Positions 13,573 through 25,349 of a DNA stretch of 64,000 nt are shown one piece after another. The stretch comes from Eledone cirrhosa (taxonomy: Eukaryota): the NCBI GenBank assembly GCA_964016885.1, contig OZ024743.1, forward strand, positions 347,944,001-348,008,000, given 5' to 3'. A program made the position numbers and the translations under genes. The notes under the pieces are model-generated. The model saw only the letters and a program-made list of their open reading frames with translations. It did not search any database and had not been told where the DNA came from. Numbering within the stretch: the first letter of the stretch is position 1; each line of letters begins with the position of its first letter.

Positions 13573-14190
13573 ATATTATAGTTTAGATTTAACATCGTTT
13601 AAACTAAACATTTTGAGAGAGTTTAGAAATACAACAACAATAATTATTTTGTTGTTGTTGTTGTTGTTGTTAGCTGTTTGACCGGGTCTCTAACCCAGTC
13701 TATTTATATATTTTGATACCTTCCTCGCTTCTTTTCATGTGTAGCGGCACTACTACCATCCCTCTCTTAACAGGAGGTAGTGAGGGAATAGTGGTAGTAG
13801 CGATGAAGCACTGGTAGCAGTGGTGATGGGATAGTACTATATGGATGGTGCTGGTTTGTATTTGTATTTGGCTAGATTTTTTGTGCTAGTGGTGATGGTG
13901 CGGCGGCGGTGGTGGTGTTGGTGGTGAAGTTATTTGGCTGTTGTTTTTTAGCCATTTTCTCTTTTGACTATAACATTTCTGATACAAAATTAAATATTAA
14001 ATATTGGAGCCCTATGTCATAATGTGATGCGTTGTCACTTCCTGAGAGCTAAGACTGATATATTATGTTCCATTTGTAATAAGAATTATTCTATCATAAT
14101 TGTTTTAAATATGTAAAAAATCAAAAACTTACGGGAGCGATTCCATAACACTCTATCCACCATGTGTGATTCCATAACATATTATTATTA

Positions 14191-14225
<35 letters not shown>

Positions 14226-14311
14226 GTTATTGTTATTCCTTGAATCTCAGTCATTGATGTTGGTTAACTGGAAAGTCCGTTGGATTGAATATCAAGCCAC
14301 TACCTGCAGCC

Positions 14312-15493
14312 TCAGATATTCAGGACGTATCGGAGGGTTCTTGCCGTTCCAAGCAAGCATGCCTTTTGAAGCGTTCCAAAAAGCGTGAAGGGGCCGATTT
14401 TCTTTAACCATCCCTGGAAACCTTTGGAGATAGTCCCCAGTGCGCCTATGACAATCGGGATCACTTTGACTTCATGGCAGTTCCAAATCCTTTTCACCTC
14501 CCACTTTAGGTCCTGGTATCGGTTAATTTTCTCCCTCTCCTTCTCTTGCACTCTCGTGTCGAACGGGCAGGCCACATCCACAATCAGGCACGATCTTTTT
14601 TCTTTGTCCACAACCACCAGGTCAGGTCTATTGTGTTCCAGTTTTTTGTCCGTCTGTATCCTAAAATCCCACAGCACCTTCACCTGACTGTTCTCCATCA
14701 CCGCCTCTGGCCTATGCTCATACCATTTCTCAGAATGTGGTAGATTGTTTACTTTGCACAGGTGCCAGTGGATCACCCTGCCCATCACATCGTGTCTCCA
14801 GCCCTTATAGTGGGTCTGGGCTAGGTGTTTACACTCGGACACAATGTGAGCCACAGTCTCCTCTCTCTCTCCACAGATCCTGCACAGTGGGCTAGCCTCC
14901 TCCTTGTAGATATGGTGCTTCAACCACTTCGTTTTGAGGGCCTGCTCCTGCGCAGCCATTAGCATTCCTTCTGTAGCCTTTTTGAGGTCTCCTCTTCTCA
15001 ACCAGTTCCATGTCTGTGGATCTCTAAATTCAGTTTTCTCAAAGAAGGTACTATGAAGGGATTTTCCCTTAAGGCTGCTCTTCCTCCTTGATGTTATTTC
15101 CTCCTTGGGTATCCCCTGGCCTACTGTCCCCTCCTTCAGTACAGCTCTGAGCATTGGCTCCTTACTATAGGTCACGTATTTGTATAGGTTGTTTTTCTCC
15201 ATCTGAACACAGTCCTCTATGCCGATAAGACCTCTTCCACCCTCAGATCTCCTTAGGTAGAGTCTATCGACATCACTCCTCTTGTGGAACATGTTGTAGA
15301 TAGTCAATAGCTTCCTAGTCTTCCTATCCATTTCTTTTTGTTCAGCAACATTCCATCTCAGAATTCCCGCACTGTACCTAATAATAGACACAGCTCGGGA
15401 ATTTACTGCGCTTATGGCATTTCTGCTGTTCAGATGTGACTTCAATACGCTCCTTACTCTCCGAATGTATTCAGTTCTTAACAATTCCTTCAT
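14312..15493 (-). CDS. R4-clade polyprotein, C-terminal part (thumb, CCHC knuckle, restriction-like endonuclease)
   Basis: 393 aa: GGRGL, CRICGEREETVAHIVSEC, RHD, NRPDLVV, DVACP, K..RY, PIVIGALG; continues the upstream ORF after +1 A at 15493-15500. Confidence 0.9.
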   Translation of the reverse strand: MKELLRTEYIRRVRSVLKSHLNSRNAISAVNSRAVSIIRYSAGILRWNVAEQKEMDRKTRKLLTIYNMFHKRSDVDRLYLRRSEGGRGLIGIEDCVQMEKNNLYKYVTYSKEPMLRAVLKEGTVGQGIPKEEITSRRKSSLKGKSLHSTFFEKTEFRDPQTWNWLRRGDLKKATEGMLMAAQEQALKTKWLKHHIYKEEASPLCRICGEREETVAHIVSECKHLAQTHYKGWRHDVMGRVIHWHLCKVNNLPHSEKWYEHRPEAVMENSQVKVLWDFRIQTDKKLEHNRPDLVVVDKEKRSCLIVDVACPFDTRVQEKEREKINRYQDLKWEVKRIWNCHEVKVIPIVIGALGTISKGFQGWLKKIGPFTLFGTLQKACLLGTARTLRYVLNI

Positions 15494-17705
15494 TTTTTTT
15501 GTTCTTTATGCCATCAGCCTCCAGAACGCCCAAATACTTGTATCCTTCCTCAGAGTCAATTTCCTTTATCATCTCACCTGTTGGTATCTGGATCCCGTTA
15601 CTTCTGCTCAACCTACCCCTCCTCATCACAATGACTCCACATTTACCAATACCAAACTGCATACATATATCACTGCTGAAAATACGGACAGTGTCAACAA
15701 GCACATCCAACTCCTTCTCACTTTTCCCGAAGAGCTTAAGATCGTCCATGAAGAGGAGGTGATTGATGGTAAGCTCTCCCCTTCCCAACTTGTATCCTGC
15801 TCTCACTTTTCGCAGCATAATGGTCAAGGGCATCAGGGCAAGGACAAACAACAGAGGGGACAGGCTATCTCCCTGGAAGATACCTCTCTTGATCTTCACG
15901 CTTCCCAAGGATACTCCAGTTGATGTCAACTCTGTCTCCCAGGACCCCATACTCCTGCCCAGCAACTGTCTGATGTTATCTGCCACCCTGAAGATCTCCA
16001 GGCTTTTGGTGATCCAGGAATGAGGCACCATGTCAAATGCCTTTCTGTAGTCTATCCATCCCATGGCAAGATCAGTGTGTCTCCTCCTGCAATTCCCCAT
16101 TACCATCTTATCAATAAGCAACTGGTCCTTTGTACCACGTGACTTCTTTCGGCATCCTTTCTGTTCGTCCGGCAACAAGTTGTTTGTGTGGAGGTGATGG
16201 TAGATTTCCTCAGACACAATGCTCGTCAACAGTTTCCACATTACGGGCAGACATGTGATAGGTCTATAGTTGGTAACATCATTACCCTTGATTTGGTCTT
16301 TCATTATCAGAACTGTAGTACCTTTTGTCAACCACTCTGGCACCTCACCCGACACCAAGCAGTCATTGAACATGGCCGTCAGCTTCGGGTGGAGGGATGT
16401 TAAATGTTTAATCCAATACCCCTGCACACCATCTGGGCCTGGTGATTTCCAGTTGGTTAGTTTTTTGGCTTGCCCCTTAAGAGTTTCAACTGTGATACTC
16501 AAATCAGTCTGTTGCTGTGCCTGCTCACCGATCTCCCTCTGTACTGTCTCAATCCACCCTGCCTGGGCATTGTGTCTAACATCCTGCTCCCATATTCCTC
16601 TCCAGAATGTTTTAGCTTGTTCCGCCCCAGGGATCAAGTCGTTGCCTCTTTCTTTCCCCTCAAGCTGTCCAAACAGCATCTTCTGGTTGTTGTCGAACAT
16701 GCGGTTCTGTTTATACTGACTGACTCTGTTCTCGTATCGCCTGATTTTGGCACTCTTTGCTACAATGCGTTGCTTCAATTCCTCTATGATAATATTTAGC
16801 TTTTTACTCCTAGTTTTGTATTTTATTTCCAGTCTATTTTTAGTGCCTATGTTTTTTAGTGTCCCATTCAGTAGTGACTCAAGCTTTCCCATGTCATTTC
16901 TCATTTCCCCGATTTGCCCACTCAGTCGCTTCTTCCACCACGGCTCTGCTCTTTCTTGTCTGTTGTTTCCTCTCGCTTTTATACCAAGTAGTTTCCTCAC
17001 CGTATTTGCTGTTGCTTTGAGGATATTGTTGCACTGGTGAAGACTCCTCGCCTCAAGGTATGGGATGACTTTGTTTACCTTCGCTGTTGTTTCTTTTAAC
17101 TTTTTCCTGTCTACAAATCTTAGGTTCATAGGTCTCCCACTATCATTGTTCAACTCATCTACCACTAAATTTAGGATGTCAACCGAATCTTGTCCTAGCC
17201 CGTCAGCATTCATCTCCTCAGTGGCCGTATCTCTGTTCCAGGTATTATTTATCTCAGTATTCAGATCATTGTCTGCTTCGGGTGGTTCCTCCGTTCTCAG
17301 GACCTCCTCACCTTCATTTCCCGCCGGCTCGCTTGTCTGGCATACTACACCCGCCATCTCCAAGCCATTCTCTCTGCTCAGTTCCTCCAGTTCCAGCTCG
17401 CTTATCCACCCATTAGTTCTTATTACCCGAGCCTGCCCGGCCAATTTTTGTTCATCTAATTTAAATAAACCAATCTCGTTCCAGATGTTATGCATCCGTC
17501 TCCTGTAGCCCCTCTCCTTGGGGTTACTTTTCAGGTAGCATTGCATAACAGTTCTATTCAATTCTTTCGTCCAGTTGGTTCTGGCCCCTTTCCTTCTTCT
17601 TCTTCCTCCAACATCAGCAGTATTTGGTTGACAGTCAGGTTCCTGCTGCTGAGCCAGGGGGCACCTGTTGGGTGAGAGTCTGTCACATGACGTTCTAGTC
17701 TCCAT
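15471..17705 (-). CDS. R4-clade polyprotein, N-terminal and reverse transcriptase part
   Basis: 744 aa: KSPGPDG, NYRPITCL, EQKGC, WIDYRKAFD, GIFQGDSLSP, LFMDD, YKYLG. Confidence 0.9.
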   Translation of the reverse strand: METRTSCDRLSPNRCPLAQQQEPDCQPNTADVGGRRRRKGARTNWTKELNRTVMQCYLKSNPKERGYRRRMHNIWNEIGLFKLDEQKLAGQARVIRTNGWISELELEELSRENGLEMAGVVCQTSEPAGNEGEEVLRTEEPPEADNDLNTEINNTWNRDTATEEMNADGLGQDSVDILNLVVDELNNDSGRPMNLRFVDRKKLKETTAKVNKVIPYLEARSLHQCNNILKATANTVRKLLGIKARGNNRQERAEPWWKKRLSGQIGEMRNDMGKLESLLNGTLKNIGTKNRLEIKYKTRSKKLNIIIEELKQRIVAKSAKIRRYENRVSQYKQNRMFDNNQKMLFGQLEGKERGNDLIPGAEQAKTFWRGIWEQDVRHNAQAGWIETVQREIGEQAQQQTDLSITVETLKGQAKKLTNWKSPGPDGVQGYWIKHLTSLHPKLTAMFNDCLVSGEVPEWLTKGTTVLIMKDQIKGNDVTNYRPITCLPVMWKLLTSIVSEEIYHHLHTNNLLPDEQKGCRKKSRGTKDQLLIDKMVMGNCRRRHTDLAMGWIDYRKAFDMVPHSWITKSLEIFRVADNIRQLLGRSMGSWETELTSTGVSLGSVKIKRGIFQGDSLSPLLFVLALMPLTIMLRKVRAGYKLGRGELTINHLLFMDDLKLFGKSEKELDVLVDTVRIFSSDICMQFGIGKCGVIVMRRGRLSRSNGIQIPTGEMIKEIDSEEGYKYLGVLEADGIKNKKNEGIVKN

Positions 17706-18276
17706 TTCACCGTTATTCGAACTGTTTATGTTCGATATTTAAACACTCTTATCGAGGATTGGCGAATGTATGTTTACATAGCCATCTGTGGATCCGCCAT
17801 CCCACTTGGCCCTTGTGTGGCATTATCACCACGCTGTATACGAACACACATAAACAAACAAACACACGGGCAGAAAGGGCCCCAAAAATGAATAAGCATA
17901 AGTTTCATTGTAATGTAGTATTCGAATGTCTGACTTAGTTTTTGTTTTTTAAGTTTTACTTTTTCCCCCCTCTTCTCTGTCCGTCCGCCTGCTTCTCTCT
18001 TCATTCTTATTTTCTTTACGTTTTTGGGGTTTCTTTTTTTGTTTTTGTTTTTCTTTGTTTTTCTCGTTTTTTACTGTTGTTGCTGTGCTGCTTTTGTTGT
18101 TTGTTTTTTCTTTTTTTCTTTTGAGTCTATCTATATATTTTGATGCCTTCCTCTTTGTTAGTAGTAGGAATTCTATAATGTGGAAGTGGTAGCCAGCAGA
18201 GACTGGCGGCGTTGGCGATACTGAGACAGTGGTGGTGGTGATGTCGATACCGAGGCAGTGGTGGCGGTGATGCGAC

Positions 18277-18931
18277 CGTATTACTGTAGTGATGGTGCTG
18301 TAGCGGTGGCAGCAGCAGTGAAGGAGTCAGGGGGTGGTGGCGGCGGTGATGGGATAGTGGTGGTAATGATGGCCGTAGTGAGCGGTGGCGGTGAAGGTGA
18401 AAATGCTGTTGTGTTTAGTGTACACAGATGATGGGGTGGGTGGTGTATCTAGTTTCTGGTGTTGGTGAGTTTCGCTGTCCTATATAGTGTAGCCAGAGGA
18501 GAGGAGGGGGGGGGGGGGGGTTCTTCTTCTTCCATTTATAGCCATTTTATTTTTTTTTTTTTTTTGGATATACAGTGTACAATACAAAGTTGAATATTTG
18601 AATATTTGAGCCGTATTACTGTAGTGATGGTGCTGTAGCGGTGGCAGCAGCAGTGAAGGAGTCAAGGGGTGGTGGCGGCGGTGATGGGATAGTGGTGGTA
18701 ATGATAGCCGTAGTGAGCGGTGGCGGTGAAGGTGAAAATGCTGTTGTGTTTAGTGTACACAGATGATGGGGTGGGTGGTGTATCTAGTTTCTGGTGTTGG
18801 TGAGTTTAGCTGTCCTATATAGTGTAGCCAGAGGAGAGGAGGGGGGGGGGTTCTTCTTCTTCCATTTATAGCCATTTTTTTTTTGGATATACAGTGTACA
18901 ATACAAAGTTGAATATTTGAATATTTGAGCC
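18277..18931. repeat. ~330-bp tandem duplication in R4 copy 2 5' region
   Basis: cgtattactgtagtgatggtgctg..gaatatttgagcc occurs twice (18277-18611, 18612-18931). Confidence 0.95.
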
Positions 18932-19098
18932 TTATAACAATATATTTTGGGTCCGAATTTTTTGGGGGCTCAAGCCGGGTGCTTTACGTAGCATTTGTAC
19001 TAAGAGTTGTTATTTCACAAATGATTTAAATATGTTAAAAATTCAAAACTTACGGGAGCGATTTCATGACCTCCGTCACCTCGTGCGTCTTCTTCCCC

Positions 19099-19132
<34 letters not shown>

Positions 19133-19946
19133 GTTATTATTATTATTATTATTATTACATCTGCTATTGTTAACTTTTAAGCTTGTCTCGCTTAGGCTCG
19201 ATAATTTCTTGTTTTACATTCTTATTCGACTCCTATTTTTAAATAGTTTGTTAAATTTATTTGAATAACACCACTTTATTTTACCTACAAAGACAGCCTC
19301 CCTTACTTAAAATTTGACCCATAGAGGAAACTCTCTAATTTTAAATACAAAGACGCCTCTATCCTTACGTATGTTTCCGTGTATTTGTGGGATGGGGGTG
19401 TGCGCGTATATCTAGGATTTCAGTAGTAGGTGAGTAGAGGGTATGTAGAGATATGTGAAAAAAATGTGTGACACACGACCCTTTTTGTTCCAATTTCCAG
19501 GAGGAATTTTGTCTCTACCCATCTAAGATTCATTAAAATAAATAATCTACTGGATCAATTAAATTCTCCCTCTCCCAATGCATTTCTGGATGCTTTAGTT
19601 AGAATACGTTTAATCTAGTCATGCGGTTAAGAGGGCTGCAAATGAACGATATATTATAAATATTTGTGGAAGGATCACAGAGATTACAGAAATATAATAT
19701 ACATTTACGTGTAGGCCCATAGCTTACTCTTTGGGATTTTCTGCGTGTAAGATGGTGAATTAGATTCCCGAAAGGGGTGTTATGTCCTTTAGTGAGACAT
19801 TTTAATTCACGCTGTTTCTGTTCACCGGGAAAATTTGCCCATGTGAATGCTGGTCATCCTAAACACCCTACCTAAGGAATGCAAACCCATGTTCAATCAG
19901 ATTTGGCTGATATATATATATATATATATATATGTAATATATATAT

Positions 19947-20313
<367 letters not shown>

Positions 20314-20390
20314 TTATACACTGCACTGTAAGAGCATCGAGTGGTCAAACGGCCTACCTTATACGGAAGCTTTAAGTATCCCACACCAAT

Positions 20391-20485
<95 letters not shown>

Positions 20486-20777
20486 CTGTGTGTTTCTGTG
20501 TGAGTATACATGTATATATGTATATAAATATATATATATGCACGCACTTCACCTATTGTACCACATAACAGCAACACCAGGACACATAAATGTATCTCGA
20601 CAAGATGGAAGGATCAGCTTGTATGAGTTAGTCGTATAAATAATCCGATGGGTGTCAGATGAAAGGAAACAGTCGATTTTGTCAATAGAAAGGGCTTAGT
20701 CAGTTATCCGTCGGATTTAAGGCCAGTATACGTCAATCTATTCACACACACACACACACACATATATAGGCATATAC

Positions 20778-20874
<97 letters not shown>

Positions 20875-21035
20875 TATGGATGTGATAACGCAGTATCAAT
20901 AATAATTAAATAAATATTGTTCAGAGAGAGTCACGACATTTTTTCCATAAACATTGTTGTGTAGCATGCATGGAACGCGCTATATTACATTCAAATTTAC
21001 CCCTCTCTCTGTCTCTCTCTCTCTCTATATATATA

Positions 21036-21126
<91 letters not shown>

Positions 21127-21280
21127 CGTGTGTGTACGTCAATACTCATCTTTTTCCATTTCTCCGAAAGTTCTAAATCCCACTATCAGGCTAAAATGTC
21201 TTTAGTAAAAAAATACGGTGAAAACTTATATTTTTTAATTTCAAACTTACTCACTGTTTCAATACATACTTACTTATATA

Positions 21281-21381
<101 letters not shown>

Positions 21382-21433
21382 TAAACGGAATAGAACATGC
21401 TGACAAATTGTTCACAGTTGCAAAATGGTTTAA

Positions 21434-22929
21434 TCTATATATATAAAACTGTGTTTGTCTGTCTGTCTATCGATTTTTGGCACACATCTCCTCTTAGAAT
21501 CTCTCACGGAATTGCACCGAAATTGCTATACTTGTACATTGAGCCCTAGCGAAGACATCGGAAAAAAATATTTCAAATTGACCCACCCTATGTGACGAAA
21601 TCGAATATAATGTATCGATTTTTGAGCGTAAGTTATCAGTTATTTCCCTTTGTTCTGTTTACATTGAGCGTCTTACGTAAAAAATTACGCTGGCTTTCTC
21701 AGCGTTTAAAATGACATTAACACAATACACGAACAAAATATTGACCTGCAAAATTCATCAGTTCGAACATTAAGCTTCCGTTTTGCTTCATTTCCATTTA
21801 AAAGCATTTTAAAACAATATTTTTACTTGAAAACAAGTCTATTTAAAGACTACGTAAAACAAGCAAATATTTCGTCGTTAGGCGGGCAGACAGACAGTCG
21901 TGCAGACAGACAGTCGTGCAGACAGACAGTCGTGCAGAGAGGTGATATACGCGTGCAGACAGATAGTCGGGCAGAGAGGTGATATAGGCGTGCAGACAGA
22001 CAGTCGTGCAGAGAGGTGATATAGGCGTGCAGACAGACAGTCGTGCAGAGAGGTGATTTAGGCGTGCAGACAGACAGTCGTGCAGAGAGGTGATATAGGC
22101 GTGCAGACAGACATAACTGATAATTTGGTTACGCTAATGTTTTTCTCTGCGTTGCAGTGTTTACATTTTCGATCTTTGTTAATAAATAACCAGTGCAGTT
22201 TCTATCCCCAGCATCCTCTTTTGTTATAACATTCGGGTTATCGTAATGTTTTCTTAACTTCATGAGGCATACCTGCAAAATTCATCAGTTCGAACACTAA
22301 GCTTCCGCTTTGCTTCATTTCCATTTAAAAGTATTTGAAAACAATATTTTTACTTGAAAACAAGTCTATTTAAAGACTACGTATAACAAGCAAATATTTC
22401 GTCGTTAGGCGTGCAGACAGACAGTCGTGCAGACAGACAGTCGTGCAGAGAGGTGATATACGCGTGCAGACAGATAGTCGTGCAGAGGGGTGATATAGGC
22501 GTGCAGACAGACTGTCGTGCAGAGAGGTGATATAGGCGTGCAGACAGACAGTCGTGCAGAGAGGTGATATAGGCGTGCAGACAGACAGTCGTGCAGAGAG
22601 GTGATATAGGCGTACAGACAGACATAACTGATAATTTGGTTACGCTAATGTTTTTCTCTGCGTTGCAGTGTTTACATTTTCGATCTTTGTTAATAAATAA
22701 CCAGTGCAGTTTTTATCCCCAGCATCCTCTTTTGTTATAACATTCGGGTTATCGTTATGTTTTCTTAACTTCATAAGGCATATTGTTGGTTGAGGGAATA
22801 TTAATCAAAAACACCACATGCAAGTCTGCACAGTAGACACTACAGTTTTTAAGCCAAGAAAGAAACTTAACATTGTAACTTTAACACAGCTACTGAGCGA
22901 CCCCGAGCAACGCCGGGCTTTACTGCTAG
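21434..22929 (+). mobile_element. Non-autonomous Helitron
   Basis: A|TCTATATATATAAA 5' end, subterminal hairpin cccgagcaacgccggg (22902-22917), 3' CTAG|T, no target-site duplication. Confidence 0.85.
21744..22781. repeat. ~520-bp tandem duplication, each unit holding a 37-bp minisatellite array
   Basis: Units start acctgcaaaattcatc at 21744 and 22271; repeat unit gcagacagacagtcgtgcagagaggtgatataggcgt. Confidence 0.95.
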
Positions 22930-23069
22930 TTAGGAATAAAAGAGTATTAGTGATTGTATGGGTTAGTATTCAGTTGTGGTTTTAAGTTTCTAAGTTTTTA
23001 CCGGTTGCGCATTTCTAAATGCTTTTCAAAAACAATTTTGAGATAGAGTGTCCGTGCTGTTTGCTCTTA

Positions 23070-23153
<84 letters not shown>

Positions 23154-23225
23154 ATTGTATGATATTTGTTTTTTAAATGCGCATAATAAAATACTTGGAA
23201 CTTTTTTAACCATCTTTTGATCTTG

Positions 23226-23330
23226 GGAGGGGAAAGTCGATTAAATCGATCTCAGTACGTTACTGGTACTTTATTTTATCGACCCCGTAACGATGAAAGG
23301 CAAAGTTAACCTCGGTAGGATTTGAACTAT
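23226..23330 (-). mobile_element. SINE family A, partial
   Basis: Reverse complement of family body. Confidence 0.75.
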
Positions 23331-23398
23331 ATATATATATGTATATATAATGCAACAGATAGGAATGATGAAATTAAATCACATTATATTTCATATAT

Positions 23399-23592
23399 AG
23401 GGTGGTGGATTGGCAGTATCAGTAGAGGGTCGGACGCCATGCTTTCCAGCATAGTTACGTCCCTTTACAATCTGAGTTCAAATCCCGCCGCGGTTAACTT
23501 TGCTTTTCCTCCATACAGGGTCGATAAAATAAAGTACCAGTAATGCACTGTGATAATTGCTGGCCTTGTGCCAAAAGTAGAAACAATTATAT
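23399..23592 (+). mobile_element. SINE family A, full length
   Basis: ggtggtggattggcagtatc..gagttcaaatccc..gtagaaacaattat. Confidence 0.88.
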
Positions 23593-23937
23593 TTTATACT
23601 TATATTTCTGTAAAGATTGAAGAAATGACAAAACGAATCATTTCACTCAACATTCAAAATGAATATGAAATTAATATTTCATATATTTTTATCTTCTGTG
23701 ATACAAGAATTTAATTATGATTTACATGTCATCAATGACAATTAAAACGTTTGCGTGTCGCCTCACTTATGAATTATAGAACCAGTGTGTGAACTCCTGA
23801 GGATCGACGATCTTAGCAAAATGAACTGGGCGTAGTGCAGGAGCTAGATGTTTAGATACAACATGGATGATGAGGGGAGAAAGACAAGTGAATCCTGTGT
23901 ATCTTTGTTGCTGATGATTTGTGAGTAGCGATCATTG

Positions 23938-24095
23938 ACGTGTTGCATCGGTAGAGTTTCGGACGCACGGTCCTTTATGATCTATGTTTAAATCCCGTCG
24001 AGATTAACTTCGCCTTTCATCCTTACGGGGTCGATAAAATAAAGCCCCAGTAATGGCCTGGGGTAATTGCTGGTATTGTGCCAAAAACAATTATA
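23938..24095 (+). mobile_element. SINE family A
   Basis: aaatcccgtcgagattaacttcgcctttcatccttacggggtcgataaaataaag. Confidence 0.8.
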
Positions 24096-24916
24096 ATAAC
24101 CTTACACATTTTACATTTATTTACGAAAAATCTGAAGTATGAAAATGCAAATTCATACTAACTTGTTTAATCGATAACCATTTTATATCGATGTAGTTAT
24201 GAGAAGTTGTGGTTTTAATGCTTTCTGAACTAACACTGAAAACAAATATTTAGATTAAAAGTTGCCTAGTTTATGATAATGGTTATAATGAAATTTATTT
24301 TCTCGCAATGCATACATTTGATGTCTAATTTTAATAAATGTATATGGCACATCATTTACTCGATTTAAGTTAATATATCTCATCAAACTAACGTGCGTAA
24401 AGAATCAAAGTATGCACACTTGTTATTATACTAATAAATAAAAGAGAAAACAATACCCTTGCATCTATTTTATAGAAACGGCTGTGACGAATAGAATTAT
24501 GGTTATATCTATATTTATTACATTATTGTGTGTATGTGTGTGTTGTGTGTGTGTATGTGCATGTGTTTGTGAGTGCAAGTGTGTGTCTCTGTCTGTCTGT
24601 GTGTGTACATCATCGTTTTCCATCACTTCCAATATTTCAGAATTGATGCAATAAGTAATAGTGCTCTACAGTGTTCAAATGTATTTTAGCTTCTAACCCG
24701 AACTTGTACCAAGATACATTGAATTCTGTATAATTGTGCATTGGTATCGTGTTTATAAAAATATTTTCGTAATAATTATGTAATCTACTGCAGTAAATGT
24801 GTGTAGTTATTGCAATAGTCATTTGATAAAAATGTATTACAGTGGTGAGTATGTAAGCATTTATTTTCTAATACATCTCATACTAAATACAATAACCACA
24901 CTTTCAAATATATCAA

Positions 24917-25016
24917 ACCCTAACACCATATAAACATGCATGATAAAATACACATAAAATACATACACCCTAACACCATATAAACATGCATGATAAAATA
25001 CACATAAAATACACCC
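24917..25016. repeat. 50-bp tandem duplication
   Basis: accctaacaccatataaacatgcatgataaaatacacataaaatac x2. Confidence 0.9.
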
Positions 25017-25349
25017 TCGTTTGAAGATAATGGAGGGTGCAAAGAAACACAAACAGAGAAGGTTGTCTACGACTTTCTTCTGAAGAAGAACATCTTATAA
25101 GATGTACACAAGAAACCTATAGAAATATTGATAATGCTACCACAGAATTTTCAATATAGGAGAGCCAATGAAATGCTGAGCTGTAAATGTGGGGAACAAA
25201 GTAGCCCGAATTTCCTGATTTTTAGGGAAGTAAAAGTAGTGGTCACTTTAACTATTTTTTCTAAAGTATTCATACTGAAACTTGGATGTACGGGAAATGT
25301 TACAGCTTGGAAACAACACCCTTTGCTCGACAACCTCAGATAAATTGTG

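Larger units (their letters stand above)
9274..14180 (-). mobile_element. R4/Dong-clade non-LTR retrotransposon, copy 1 (full length, degraded)
   Basis: Fragmented ORFs with RT (GIFQGD.LSP, MDD, YKYLG), CCHC knuckle and RLE (RPD, DVACP); collinear with copy 2; (TAA)n on both sides. Confidence 0.92.
14238..19100 (-). mobile_element. R4/Dong-clade non-LTR retrotransposon, copy 2 (near intact)
   Basis: Two long ORFs joined by one frameshift; flanked by (TAA)n tracts at 14179-14237 and 19100-19157. Confidence 0.95.

Noticed and set aside
14385-17675. Plus-strand ORFs overlapping the R4 element
   Set aside because: Antisense shadows of the RT ORF with no independent motifs
17760-19100. HDV-like ribozyme expected at the 5' end of R2/R4-type elements
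   Set aside because: Could not identify the nested double pseudoknot by eye; needs an RNAbob or Infernal search
21882-22625. 37-bp repeat arrays resembling CRISPR
   Set aside because: Units are contiguous with no unique spacers, there are no cas genes, and the context is a eukaryotic Helitron
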